This document shows positions 57,137 through 64,000 of a stretch of 64,000 bases of DNA, in pieces; position 1 is the stretch's first letter; every line of letters starts with the position of its first letter. This DNA is from a virus (lineage: Duplodnaviria > Caudoviricetes), in the IMG/VR virus record IMGVR_UViG_3300016471_001002, positions 147,098-211,097 of that record; one strand, written 5' to 3'. The notes beneath the pieces were generated by a model that did not search any database, was not told the origin of the DNA, and worked only from the letters and a program-made list of their open reading frames with translations. The position numbers and the translations under genes were made by a program.

Positions 57137-57141
57137 GTTTT

Positions 57142-57211
57142 GCCTCGAGGGCCGGATGCCCAGCAGAGTCTTCTAAATTCAGCGTGCTATGTTCAACTCA
57201 TAGTCGAGGCG
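57142..57211 (+). tRNA. trnR: tRNA-Arg (UCU), divergent
   Basis: GCCTCGA/TCGAGGC-G; loop CTTCTAA; T-arm CTATG-TTCAACT-CATAG; weak D-arm. Confidence 0.7.
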
Positions 57212-57253
57212 CAAAGCAAATAATTCGAATAGTTCTTTGAAGGAGAATACGAA

Positions 57254-57556
57254 ATGGGAAAGGTAAAGGGAGCACAACACATGACGTGGGGTCATCATGA
57301 CACGATGATCGTTAACCTGCGAGATTGGGTTCGTCGTGAGATCAATGTGCTACGCTCAGATCTTACGAAAGAGGTGCCGTCATTGTCCGACAATCCTGAC
57401 GTCATGAAAACCCTCCAGTCAGCAGAGGATCTGAATGTTCAAGTGTTCGATTTGATTCGTAGTGTTGTCGATCTCGCAGAGAAGTCTTCAAAGGCAAAGC
57501 CTCAAAAGGCAATTGCCGATGAACCTGATTACCCTGCGCACGATGACATGGATTGA
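57254..57556 (+). CDS. hypothetical protein
   Basis: AGGAG RBS; 100 aa. Confidence 0.65.
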   Translation: MGKVKGAQHMTWGHHDTMIVNLRDWVRREINVLRSDLTKEVPSLSDNPDVMKTLQSAEDLNVQVFDLIRSVVDLAEKSSKAKPQKAIADEPDYPAHDDMD

Positions 57557-57831
57557 TGCATTCTTTGAATGCTAAAAACAATAGAAGGTTGAACAAGGGA
57601 GAAATGCAAATGATTATTAAACGAATTAAGCAAGTTATTAGTGATAATGTTGAGAACTTTAAGAGTTACTGGTACGTGCTTCTATCATTCGTAGCCTTGG
57701 GGTCTATGTCTCGTAATTCAGATATGCTTCATGTCATCCTCGTTGCAATTCCAGCGTGGATGGCTGTTGCTGCAACGCTACGTTTGAATCATGATGTCTC
57801 GCTTCGAGCGGCACGAAAGTCAAGTCAATGA
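57553..57831 (+). CDS. small membrane protein
   Basis: Two hydrophobic segments; start may be at a later ATG after GGAG. Confidence 0.55.
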   Translation: MMHSLNAKNNRRLNKGEMQMIIKRIKQVISDNVENFKSYWYVLLSFVALGSMSRNSDMLHVILVAIPAWMAVAATLRLNHDVSLRAARKSSQ

Positions 57832-57871
57832 TGTACAACGGGGTCTTCATGGTATATGATTGACCCCACAT

Positions 57872-57947
57872 TGATGGGTAGCCAAACGGTAAGGCTTCGC
57901 ACTGTTAATGCGACGATGTGTAGGTTCGAATCCTACCCCATCAGCCA
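57872..57947 (+). tRNA. trnN: tRNA-Asn (GUU)
   Basis: TGATGGG/CCCATCA-G-CCA; TCGCA-CTGTTAA-TGCGA; TTCGAAT. Confidence 0.9.
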
Positions 57948-57965
57948 AATTATTAATGCAACGAG

Positions 57966-58220
57966 TTGCAATTTGTGCGTGCACGGGAAGGTAAGCATTC
58001 ATTAGATCTTCATGGTGTTTCTCATGAAGAAGCCGGTGACATCGTGCATCAGTTTGTCAATGCCCATTGGCACGCGAATGTAGAACTACACATCATCACC
58101 GGCCATTCTGCACGCATGAAGTCGATCGTCCGATCCGTGTTGAAGTGCTATGATCTCGAGGTGTTTGAAGGCGATCCTCGGAATTCAGGTTACATCAGGG
58201 TCCAGACATGGCAGGAATGA
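57966..58220 (+). CDS. Smr (small MutS-related) domain protein
   Basis: LDLHG...IITGH...N.G motif order; start codon uncertain. Confidence 0.75.
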   Translation: MQFVRAREGKHSLDLHGVSHEEAGDIVHQFVNAHWHANVELHIITGHSARMKSIVRSVLKCYDLEVFEGDPRNSGYIRVQTWQE

Positions 58221-58358
58221 CCCAGGAGAGGCTTTCAAGAATGGGATAAGGTTACCATGGGGTTGGTTTTAAAAGCCTCTCCAAGGGCATCCTCGAGTGA
58301 ATGAACTTTTTTACGGTGATGAGTGCAAACTTCCTTTTTGAAGTGATAGGATTGGATC

Positions 58359-58742
58359 ATGGCAACGAGATCATTCATCGGTAAGCTCAATCATGACGGG
58401 ACTGTCGCTGGGGTCTACTGTCACTATGACGGGTATCCTGAGGGCGTTGGTCGGATCCTCAAGAACCATTACACTGATCTTGAGAAGATCGATGAACTTC
58501 TTGCCTTGGGGTCCATCTCAAACCTTGGACCTGAGATTGGCGAGGCACATGACTTTGACTCTGCTCCGGAGACGGCCGTGGCCTGGACGACAGCATATCA
58601 TCGAGATCGTGGAGAAGAGTTGGAACCGGCCGACGTCTATCCGGACGTTGTGGAACTCGTGAAGAACGCCCGAGAAGACTTCGGGGCAGAGTGGGTCTAC
58701 GTCTTCCAGTACGACGGATGGCGAACTTACGAAGTTCCGTGA
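58359..58742 (+). CDS. conserved phage hypothetical protein (cassette)
   Basis: MATRSFIG...VYCHYDGYPEGVG..LKNHY. Confidence 0.8.
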   Translation: MATRSFIGKLNHDGTVAGVYCHYDGYPEGVGRILKNHYTDLEKIDELLALGSISNLGPEIGEAHDFDSAPETAVAWTTAYHRDRGEELEPADVYPDVVELVKNAREDFGAEWVYVFQYDGWRTYEVP

Positions 58743-58782
58743 CGTGGTGCAAAGTTCCTCCAAGAAGTGATAGGGTAGAACC

Positions 58783-59103
58783 ATGAACATCGTCGAGTAC
58801 ATCTCTGGTCCCCGCAAGTACCGCGTCACCCTCGTCCCCGGTGCCCACGTGATCGTGGAACACTTCCGTGACGACCAGTTCATCTCCATGCGGAGGTTCG
58901 AGGTGGGTGACGAGGTGGAGTACGACTCTTTCAACCTGAGCTACACCGGGCCCATCCTCTCCATCGGCAAGAAGACCGTCACGGTGGAGTCCTCCTTCAA
59001 GGGGAAGAGGCGCCTCAAGGCCGAGGAGTTCGGCTGGCGGAACTGGGACTTCAACGCGGGCGAGGTGGCCCGCCGGAACGCGGAGACGTCGCAATCGATC
59101 TGA
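58783..59103 (+). CDS. hypothetical protein, SH3-like (cassette)
   Basis: FEVGDEVEYDSFNLSYTGPI..IGKKTV. Confidence 0.75.
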   Translation: MNIVEYISGPRKYRVTLVPGAHVIVEHFRDDQFISMRRFEVGDEVEYDSFNLSYTGPILSIGKKTVTVESSFKGKRRLKAEEFGWRNWDFNAGEVARRNAETSQSI

Positions 59104-59144
59104 ACCCGGTGCAAAGTTCACCAACGATTTGATAGGATAGGACC

Positions 59145-59324
59145 ATGGACAACATCAACGAACCGCAGTTTGACGAAGTCGACCTCAACCGGTTGTACGA
59201 GGCATTGATGTACCGTATCACCGCCCATCGCTCTGCCGTCGAACGGGTAGCTCCCGAGGAGCTTGACGCGCTCCGCGAGCTGAAGGACCGGATTGGCCAG
59301 ATGTTGAACGCCCAGCTGGTGTGA
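59145..59324 (+). CDS. 59-aa hypothetical protein (cassette; absent from the track)
   Basis: MDNINEPQFDEVDL...NAQLV*; start fixed by the repeat. Confidence 0.7.
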   Translation: MDNINEPQFDEVDLNRLYEALMYRITAHRSAVERVAPEELDALRELKDRIGQMLNAQLV

Positions 59325-59376
59325 AAAGTTACCCGATTCAGTGCAAAGTTCAACCACGAAGTGATAGGATAGAACC

Positions 59377-59577
59377 ATGAGCAACGACAAGTTCCAACTC
59401 AACCCCGACCTCCACGATGCCTCCCTCGAGAAGGCCTGCGAGATGGCCAACGATCTCATCGAAGAGATCGAAGACGCATACAACGATGGACCCTCTCATC
59501 CTGGTGTTACAGCTTTCAATTTGAGCTACATGCTCGAGTACCTCCGGCTCAACTTCGACCTGGTGCCGAAGAAGTGA
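59377..59577 (+). CDS. hypothetical protein (cassette)
   Basis: Start fixed by the repeat. Confidence 0.72.
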   Translation: MSNDKFQLNPDLHDASLEKACEMANDLIEEIEDAYNDGPSHPGVTAFNLSYMLEYLRLNFDLVPKK

Positions 59578-59613
59578 GTGCAAAGTTCGACCAAGAAAGG
59601 GTATACTAGGACC

Positions 59614-59808
59614 ATGAAGAACAACGCTGCATCGTACAAGTACTTCGTCGGCTTCAAGTTCACGGCCCTCGAGGTCGAGGAGCAGGCGGCGGTCCGCCGT
59701 GAGGTGCGTGAAGGGTACCTCCGGATCGAACCTGGCACCCGGATCGTCCGAGCCATTCCTCAACCTGACCCGGCTCTGCCGGTCCACAACGGTCGCTTTT
59801 GGGCCTGA
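59614..59808 (+). CDS. hypothetical protein (cassette)
   Basis: MKNNAAS...; the track's GTG start is the promoter -35 box. Confidence 0.7.
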   Translation: MKNNAASYKYFVGFKFTALEVEEQAAVRREVREGYLRIEPGTRIVRAIPQPDPALPVHNGRFWA

Positions 59809-59849
59809 TCGCGGTGCAAAGTTCAACCAAGAAGTGATAGGATCTATCT

Positions 59850-60221
59850 ATGCCGATCAAGTACAGTTTCACCCCTCGTGAGCTCATCAACGCCTACAAC
59901 CGGAAGGTCATGACCAAGGTGGCCGAGATCTTCGAGTCGAGCCCGTGTCGTGACGGTGTCATCCTCGAGGATTGTGGTTCCTGGTTGGTCCAGGAGGCCT
60001 GGCAGGACCGGACGGGGTTCTACATGACCATCCGGTTGGCACCCCTGGACAAGCACCGTGAGGCCGTCCAGGAGGAGGGTCGGGTCATCACCCGGAAGTT
60101 CCTGGACATGTTCCCGGACCGCACGGCGTCGGGGACCTTCTACGAGGGTCAGGACGGGTACCTGGAGGGTGAGAAGGTGACGGTCTTCGTCCAGACGTCC
60201 TCCTACTCCATCGCGGACTGA
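59850..60221 (+). CDS. hypothetical protein (cassette)
   Basis: 123 aa; start fixed by the repeat. Confidence 0.72.
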   Translation: MPIKYSFTPRELINAYNRKVMTKVAEIFESSPCRDGVILEDCGSWLVQEAWQDRTGFYMTIRLAPLDKHREAVQEEGRVITRKFLDMFPDRTASGTFYEGQDGYLEGEKVTVFVQTSSYSIAD

Positions 60222-60223
60222 AT

Positions 60224-60307
60224 ATGCGCCTAGACGATCCGGCTTTCCAGCACGTTCTTGTTGCAGTTTCATTGGTGTTCTGCACTTTTGTGCTCATCTT
60301 CTGTTGA
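60224..60307 (+). CDS. 27-aa hydrophobic peptide
   Basis: MRLDDPAFQHVLVAVSLVFCTFVLIFC* fills the gap before the next repeat. Confidence 0.4.
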   Translation: MRLDDPAFQHVLVAVSLVFCTFVLIFC

Positions 60308-60347
60308 AGCAGTGCAAAGTCACCGACGAGTTTGATAGATTAAGACC

Positions 60348-60449
60348 ATGGACATCATCATTGAAGCCATCTCCACCGCGGCTTTCATCATCGGCGTCTT
60401 CTTTGGTCCGGCCCTCGCTGTAGAGGCTTACAAGGCAGTTCGTTCCTGA
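60348..60449 (+). CDS. 33-aa single-TM peptide (cassette)
   Basis: MDIIIEAISTAAFIIGVFFGPALAVEAYKAVRS*. Confidence 0.65.
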   Translation: MDIIIEAISTAAFIIGVFFGPALAVEAYKAVRS

Positions 60450-60490
60450 ATTCAGTGCAAAGTCAACCCTGAACAAGATAGGATAAGACC

Positions 60491-60667
60491 ATGAAGAACG
60501 ACATCAAGCCTGGCGACATCGTCACCCTCGGCCCGGAGAACGGACTCGGCACCGGACGTTTCCTCGTCCTCAAGATGTATCCAAACGATCCCATCCACAA
60601 GCTCCTCGTCTCCGGCTTGAACGGCATCTGGCCGGCTCGGATCGAGGGTGCTCGGGTCGTCGGCTGA
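60491..60667 (+). CDS. 58-aa SH3/KOW-like protein (cassette)
   Basis: MKNDIKPGDIVTL... Confidence 0.7.
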   Translation: MKNDIKPGDIVTLGPENGLGTGRFLVLKMYPNDPIHKLLVSGLNGIWPARIEGARVVG

Positions 60668-60720
60668 AAAAGTTTCTGAGCTCGGTGCAAAGTCAACCCT
60701 GAACAAGATAGGATAAGACC

Positions 60721-60909
60721 ATGAACGAGATCAAGACCTGCAAGTGCGACTCCTGCGGTGCCACCCTCCCGGGAGTCGAGTTCCACCACAACGGTGCCCC
60801 GGTTCTCCAGCTCTGCAAGAACTGTTCCCCCAGCAACTTTGAGGCTCAGGCCCGTGATGACATCGACGCCTGGTTGAATGGTGGCGATCCTTCGGCTTTC
60901 GGGCGCTGA
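60721..60909 (+). CDS. zinc-ribbon protein (cassette)
   Basis: CDSCG...CKNC. Confidence 0.72.
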   Translation: MNEIKTCKCDSCGATLPGVEFHHNGAPVLQLCKNCSPSNFEAQARDDIDAWLNGGDPSAFGR

Positions 60910-60962
60910 AAAAGTTCGTTGCCTCGGTGCAAAGTCGCTGACGAATAAGATATACTAAGATG

Positions 60963-61154
60963 ATGGACAAACGTTGCATCATCCAACCGTCTCTTGGTCC
61001 GGTGGCTGCAGCTACTAAGCTCAAGGCCATTGTCAAGGAACTCGACGTTCTTTTCAACCTTCCAGGTCTTCCAGAATCTTATTACGATGACCTGTTTCAT
61101 GCCATGGCCAATACTGCGTCTGCAATTAATTCGGTCCAAAAAGTAACACGTTGA
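60963..61154 (+). CDS. hypothetical protein (cassette)
   Basis: MDKRC; start fixed by the repeat. Confidence 0.65.
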   Translation: MDKRCIIQPSLGPVAAATKLKAIVKELDVLFNLPGLPESYYDDLFHAMANTASAINSVQKVTR

Positions 61155-61190
61155 GTGCAAAGTCGCTGACGAACGAGGTATATTAAGACC

Positions 61191-61919
61191 ATGGCAATCA
61201 CCAAGACCAGCTGCGACGCCAACGGCCTCTACACCATCACCGAGACCCTCTACCACGGGCGAGTCATCCGGCTTGAGACGACCACGGAGACCCGCAACTG
61301 GTCGGACACGCTGGACTACACGGATATGCGGTCCACCACTTGCACCTACGCCCTGGTCTACCTCGGCCACGAGGGCAAGAAGCCCCGTCACCACCACGTC
61401 GGCAGCCGTGCCTACGTCACCGACGCGCCCTGGGTTGAGGTCGAGGCCCTGGACATCGGCGACCGGTTCGCCTGGGTCGACTGCACCAACCTCTTCGTGC
61501 ACCGCAACGGTTTCAGCCTCGCTCCGGTGGTCGACACCTTTGGCGACATCATCCTCCACTGCGGCACCGAGGTCTACGACGAGCTGGCAGCCTGGGAGGC
61601 TCATCACAAGGCCGTCCTCGAGGCGAAGGTCGCCGAGGACAAGCGACAAGCTGCGATTCGCCAGGCCGCGCTCGAGGCCGAGAATGCCAAGCGCGCCGAA
61701 CGGAATGCCAAGAAGCAGGCCAAGGAGGATGCCCTCAAGTCCGAGGCGGAGAAGCTCCTGGCCCGAATCCCGGCCAAGGGCACCGAGGTCACTGTCGACG
61801 GGTTCACCGGTAAGGTCTTCTGGGTCGGCGTCTCCAAGTATTACGGCAAGTTCAACGCCCGAGCGGGGGTCAAGGACACGAAGGGTAACGTCCAGTGGAT
61901 CGACGCCGCCCGGTTCTGA
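61191..61919 (+). CDS. hypothetical protein with central coiled coil (cassette)
   Basis: 242 aa; C-term KGTEVTV...GKVFWVG SH3-like. Confidence 0.78.
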   Translation: MAITKTSCDANGLYTITETLYHGRVIRLETTTETRNWSDTLDYTDMRSTTCTYALVYLGHEGKKPRHHHVGSRAYVTDAPWVEVEALDIGDRFAWVDCTNLFVHRNGFSLAPVVDTFGDIILHCGTEVYDELAAWEAHHKAVLEAKVAEDKRQAAIRQAALEAENAKRAERNAKKQAKEDALKSEAEKLLARIPAKGTEVTVDGFTGKVFWVGVSKYYGKFNARAGVKDTKGNVQWIDAARF

Positions 61920-61925
61920 GGCTCA

Positions 61926-61993
61926 GGTTGGCCCAGGAAGGGTTCTTGGATATTCGGTAGGGGTAACCAAGGCCGGCCTTTCCTGGGCCAACC
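61926..61993 (+). other. long intergenic hairpin
   Basis: GGTTGGCCCAGGAA pairs with TTCCTGGGCCAACC; inner CTTGG/CCAAG stem. Confidence 0.65.
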
Positions 61994-62068
61994 CGGGGGC
62001 TTCCTGGGTGCTGAAAAAAGTTTCTCGATTCGGTGCAAAGTCAACCCTGAACGAGGTATACTAGAACC

Positions 62069-62230
62069 ATGGAAACGAAGCTCTCCTTCGACGAAGTCGA
62101 ACTGAACTACATCCTCGAGGCCGTGCAGCACTTCCGTGAGCATGGTTCGATCGCCGGCACCGACATGGCCGTGTACTCTGCCGAGCTGGAGAACATTGAG
62201 GATCGGATCCTAGAGTTTCTCGGTGAGTGA
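62069..62230 (+). CDS. 53-aa acidic protein (cassette)
   Basis: METKLSFDEVELNYILE... Confidence 0.68.
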   Translation: METKLSFDEVELNYILEAVQHFREHGSIAGTDMAVYSAELENIEDRILEFLGE

Positions 62231-62283
62231 ACTTTTTTTAGCTCGTGGTGCAAAGTCGCTGACGAACCGAATATATTAGAATC

Positions 62284-62463
62284 ATGGAAACAATGTACAT
62301 CATCAACCCGGACACGAACGAAAAGGTTCTCGTCACCGTCGGCGAAGGCCCTCTCCCCTACACGGTCGAGCTCACCTTCGGCTCCAGCTACTCGATCGTC
62401 ATGAGCACTGAAGATGCTTCGAAGCTCGGGGTCGCACTGGCCCAAACCGGCGTCCAACCCTGA
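62284..62463 (+). CDS. 59-aa hypothetical protein (cassette)
   Basis: METMYIINPDTNEKV... Confidence 0.68.
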   Translation: METMYIINPDTNEKVLVTVGEGPLPYTVELTFGSSYSIVMSTEDASKLGVALAQTGVQP

Positions 62464-62516
62464 AGAAACCGCACCACACGGTGCAAAGTCGCTGAAGAAC
62501 AAGGTATACTAGAACC

Positions 62517-62696
62517 ATGGCAAACACTCGTAAGGTTCAGGTCGGAGACAACGTCACCCTCAACGGTCGCTCTTGGGCGGTCACAGCCATCAGCCGCGGC
62601 GTCGAAAAGATCGCTCGTCTCTGCGTCCCCGGAGACCCCAACAACGTCATCTTCGCCTACGTCCACGAGCTCTCGAACCCCGGTCCCTGGCGCTGA
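62517..62696 (+). CDS. 59-aa SH3/KOW-like protein (cassette)
   Basis: MANTRKVQVGDNVTLNG... Confidence 0.68.
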   Translation: MANTRKVQVGDNVTLNGRSWAVTAISRGVEKIARLCVPGDPNNVIFAYVHELSNPGPWR

Positions 62697-62748
62697 AAAG
62701 TTACCCGATTCAGTGCAAAGTCACAGACGAATAAGATATACTAGAACC

Positions 62749-62961
62749 ATGGACAACATCTACACCTGGAACTGGAAGACTGGCGGTTACAACTCCTGCA
62801 CGGCTCGGAACCTTTCCGACGCCAAGCGCAAGGCCGACACAATGGGCACCCCCCGCGGCGGCATGAAGGTCCGCCTCGTGCCTGACCCGACGTCCTTCCG
62901 CAAGATCACGACGGCCGAGATGGCCGCCCTCGACCGAGCCTGGGCCGCGGCCTTCGACTGA
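62749..62961 (+). CDS. 70-aa hypothetical protein (cassette)
   Basis: MDNIYTWNWKTGGYNSC... Confidence 0.72.
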   Translation: MDNIYTWNWKTGGYNSCTARNLSDAKRKADTMGTPRGGMKVRLVPDPTSFRKITTAEMAALDRAWAAAFD

Positions 62962-63006
62962 GCGCGGTCTGTGCAAAGTCAACCCTCAACAGGATAGGAT
63001 AAGACC

Positions 63007-63177
63007 ATGAGCCGAACCCGCAAGGTAACCAACCAGCTCCTCGATATGATCGAAGACGGAATCCTCGACCCAGAGGCCGTCCTCATGGCATGCCTCCAGT
63101 ACATGAGCGAGGCAGACGTGGCAGACATGGCCCACAGCAACGAGTTCATTGTCGAAGAAGACGAAGAAGACGAGTGA
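63007..63177 (+). CDS. 56-aa acidic protein (cassette)
   Basis: MSRTRKVTNQLLDMIEDGILDPEAVLMACLQYMSEADV... Confidence 0.72.
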   Translation: MSRTRKVTNQLLDMIEDGILDPEAVLMACLQYMSEADVADMAHSNEFIVEEDEEDE

Positions 63178-63231
63178 CAAAAACTTCCTGGCCCGGTGCA
63201 AAGTCGCTGACGAACAAGGTATATTAAGACC

Positions 63232-63375
63232 ATGGACAACGAAAACGAGATGGAGTACGACGACGATCCCCCATACCTCTCACCCGGTGAGATCCGCGTC
63301 ATGCGTGAACACGAGTACCGGTACGACATCGACGTCTGGCTCCTCTCAGGCCGGACCGACCACTTCCAGCTCTGA
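63232..63375 (+). CDS. 47-aa acidic protein (cassette)
   Basis: MDNENEMEYDDDPPYLSPGE... Confidence 0.62.
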   Translation: MDNENEMEYDDDPPYLSPGEIRVMREHEYRYDIDVWLLSGRTDHFQL

Positions 63376-63428
63376 AAAAGTTTCCCAACTCAGTGCAAAG
63401 TTCGACCAGGAAAGGGTATATTAAGACC

Positions 63429-63788
63429 ATGAACAAGGTTCGAAGCCACGCCGGCAAGTACGAGACCGCCCTTCAGAAGTACATCCCGCAGGAGGTGAAG
63501 ACCTGGACTCCCCTCCACGTCGAGCTCCTGACAGCGGCGAGCACCATCGACCGGCTCACGGCGGACATCATCCGCGACTCCAAGAGCCTGAGTGAGAAGT
63601 TCGCCCGGTACGCAGAGGAGGTCGAGCACCGCGGTGAAGGTTGGTCTCCCCTCGGCTACTCCTCCCTCCGGGACCTGGACCTCAACATCGCACAGCTCGC
63701 GGTCCACAAGGAGTACTTCCGTAACCTGCTCCGGACCCTCGACCCCGAGGCACCCAAGGCTTACCTCAAGGACCTCACCACGGGCTGA
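63429..63788 (+). CDS. hypothetical helical protein (cassette)
   Basis: MNKVRSHAGK; start fixed by the repeat. Confidence 0.72.
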   Translation: MNKVRSHAGKYETALQKYIPQEVKTWTPLHVELLTAASTIDRLTADIIRDSKSLSEKFARYAEEVEHRGEGWSPLGYSSLRDLDLNIAQLAVHKEYFRNLLRTLDPEAPKAYLKDLTTG

Positions 63789-63878
63789 AAAGTTTCCCCT
63801 CCCGGTGCAAAGTCAGCGGCGATCCTGGTAGATTAAGATAGTCAACACACGGCAACCTCAACACGCGGAGCACACATC

Positions 63879-64000
63879 ATGGCAAACATGAACCTCAACG
63901 TTTCGATGAAGTCTTGGAAGCGCGGCACCAACATCCTCGACCTCGAGGTCCCGGCCCAACTGGAACGCACGGTGAAGACCGGTCTCAAGTGGTTCGACGA
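63879..64000 (+). CDS. partial ORF, possibly the N-terminus of a RecA/RadA-family ATPase
   Basis: GGAG RBS; MANMNL...ERTVKTGLKWFD resembles the (I/V)xTG..xxD segment preceding the Walker A of RadA/KaiC-like proteins; truncated by the window. Confidence 0.4.
   Translation, partial: MANMNLNVSMKSWKRGTNILDLEVPAQLERTVKTGLKWFD

Larger units (their letters stand above)
58323..63840 (+). repeat. array of 19 promoter repeats GTGCAAAGT-N15-TANNNT-N6-ATG, one per small gene
   Basis: GTGCAA at 58323, 58747, 59109, 59341, 59578, 59814, 60312, 60455, 60685, 60927, 61155, 62033, 62248, 62481, 62713, 62971, 63196, 63393, 63805; ATG exactly 36 nt after the first G in 18 of 19. Confidence 0.93.

Noticed and set aside
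56302-57211. Group I intron or split tRNA spliced around the endonuclease
   Set aside because: The downstream tRNA has its own complete acceptor stem that does not pair with GCACCAA, and there is no room for intron core elements
58459-63707. Long minus-strand ORFs in the GC-rich array
   Set aside because: Shadow ORFs of GC-rich plus-strand genes; they run across promoter repeats and have no start signals
58323-63840. CRISPR array
   Set aside because: Repeats are degenerate promoter-shaped elements, spacers are 140-840 bp intact ORFs of uneven length, and no cas genes are present
58323-63840. Classical integron with attC sites
   Set aside because: Repeats lack the attC inverted-repeat structure (RYYYAAC...GTTRRRY), no integron integrase is in the window, and the cassettes carry their own promoters
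1-64000. Alternative genetic code (stop-codon reassignment)
   Set aside because: Long known genes (groEL, prkA, spoVR, nadE) are full length in the standard code, and no suppressor tRNA was found; the 57142 tRNA reads best as Arg UCU (loop CTTCTAA), not CUA
1-64000. Eukaryotic giant virus or bacterial chromosome
   Set aside because: Sigma70-like promoters, bacterial-type GroEL/IF-1/NadE, intron-less tRNAs, dense tiny ORFs and fibre proteins point to a large bacteriophage; no ribosomal-protein or other core chromosomal operons

Overview
This window is best read as part of a large (jumbo/huge) tailed bacteriophage genome. It is not a bacterial chromosome or a eukaryotic giant virus. The AT-rich left ~45 kb carries virion-type proteins (a 1741-aa beta-rich protein, five collagen-repeat proteins), many small accessory ORFs and host-like genes: yeaH-spoVR-prkA, groEL, infA, cysK, a TrmH-family methylase, a GT2-methyltransferase fusion, speD and nadE. 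There are 13 complete tRNA genes plus tRNA fragments, and three zinc-finger/NUMOD endonuclease genes sit against tRNA genes. A non-coding region at ~47.15-48.0 kb shows an extreme C-to-G strand-skew flip and a 32-bp direct repeat (candidate replication origin). The GC-rich right end (58.3-64 kb) is an array of small single-gene cassettes. Each is preceded by a near-identical repeat, GTGCAA-N18-TANNNT-N6-ATG, which predicts one leaderless transcript per gene (19 copies there, more at 49-56 kb). A second motif, ATA[C/G/T]TTA-N5-6-ATG, precedes structural-type genes. About a dozen unrelated proteins share an N-terminal MKI(T/R/K)xxxLRxLIREE peptide; among them are an ADP-ribosyltransferase-like, a kinase-like and a PAP2-like enzyme, suggesting a capsid-loading tag for injected effectors. 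Gly-rich lipoproteins and the prkA/spoVR locus hint at a myxobacterial host (inference). All family calls are from motif recognition by eye; no database search was run.
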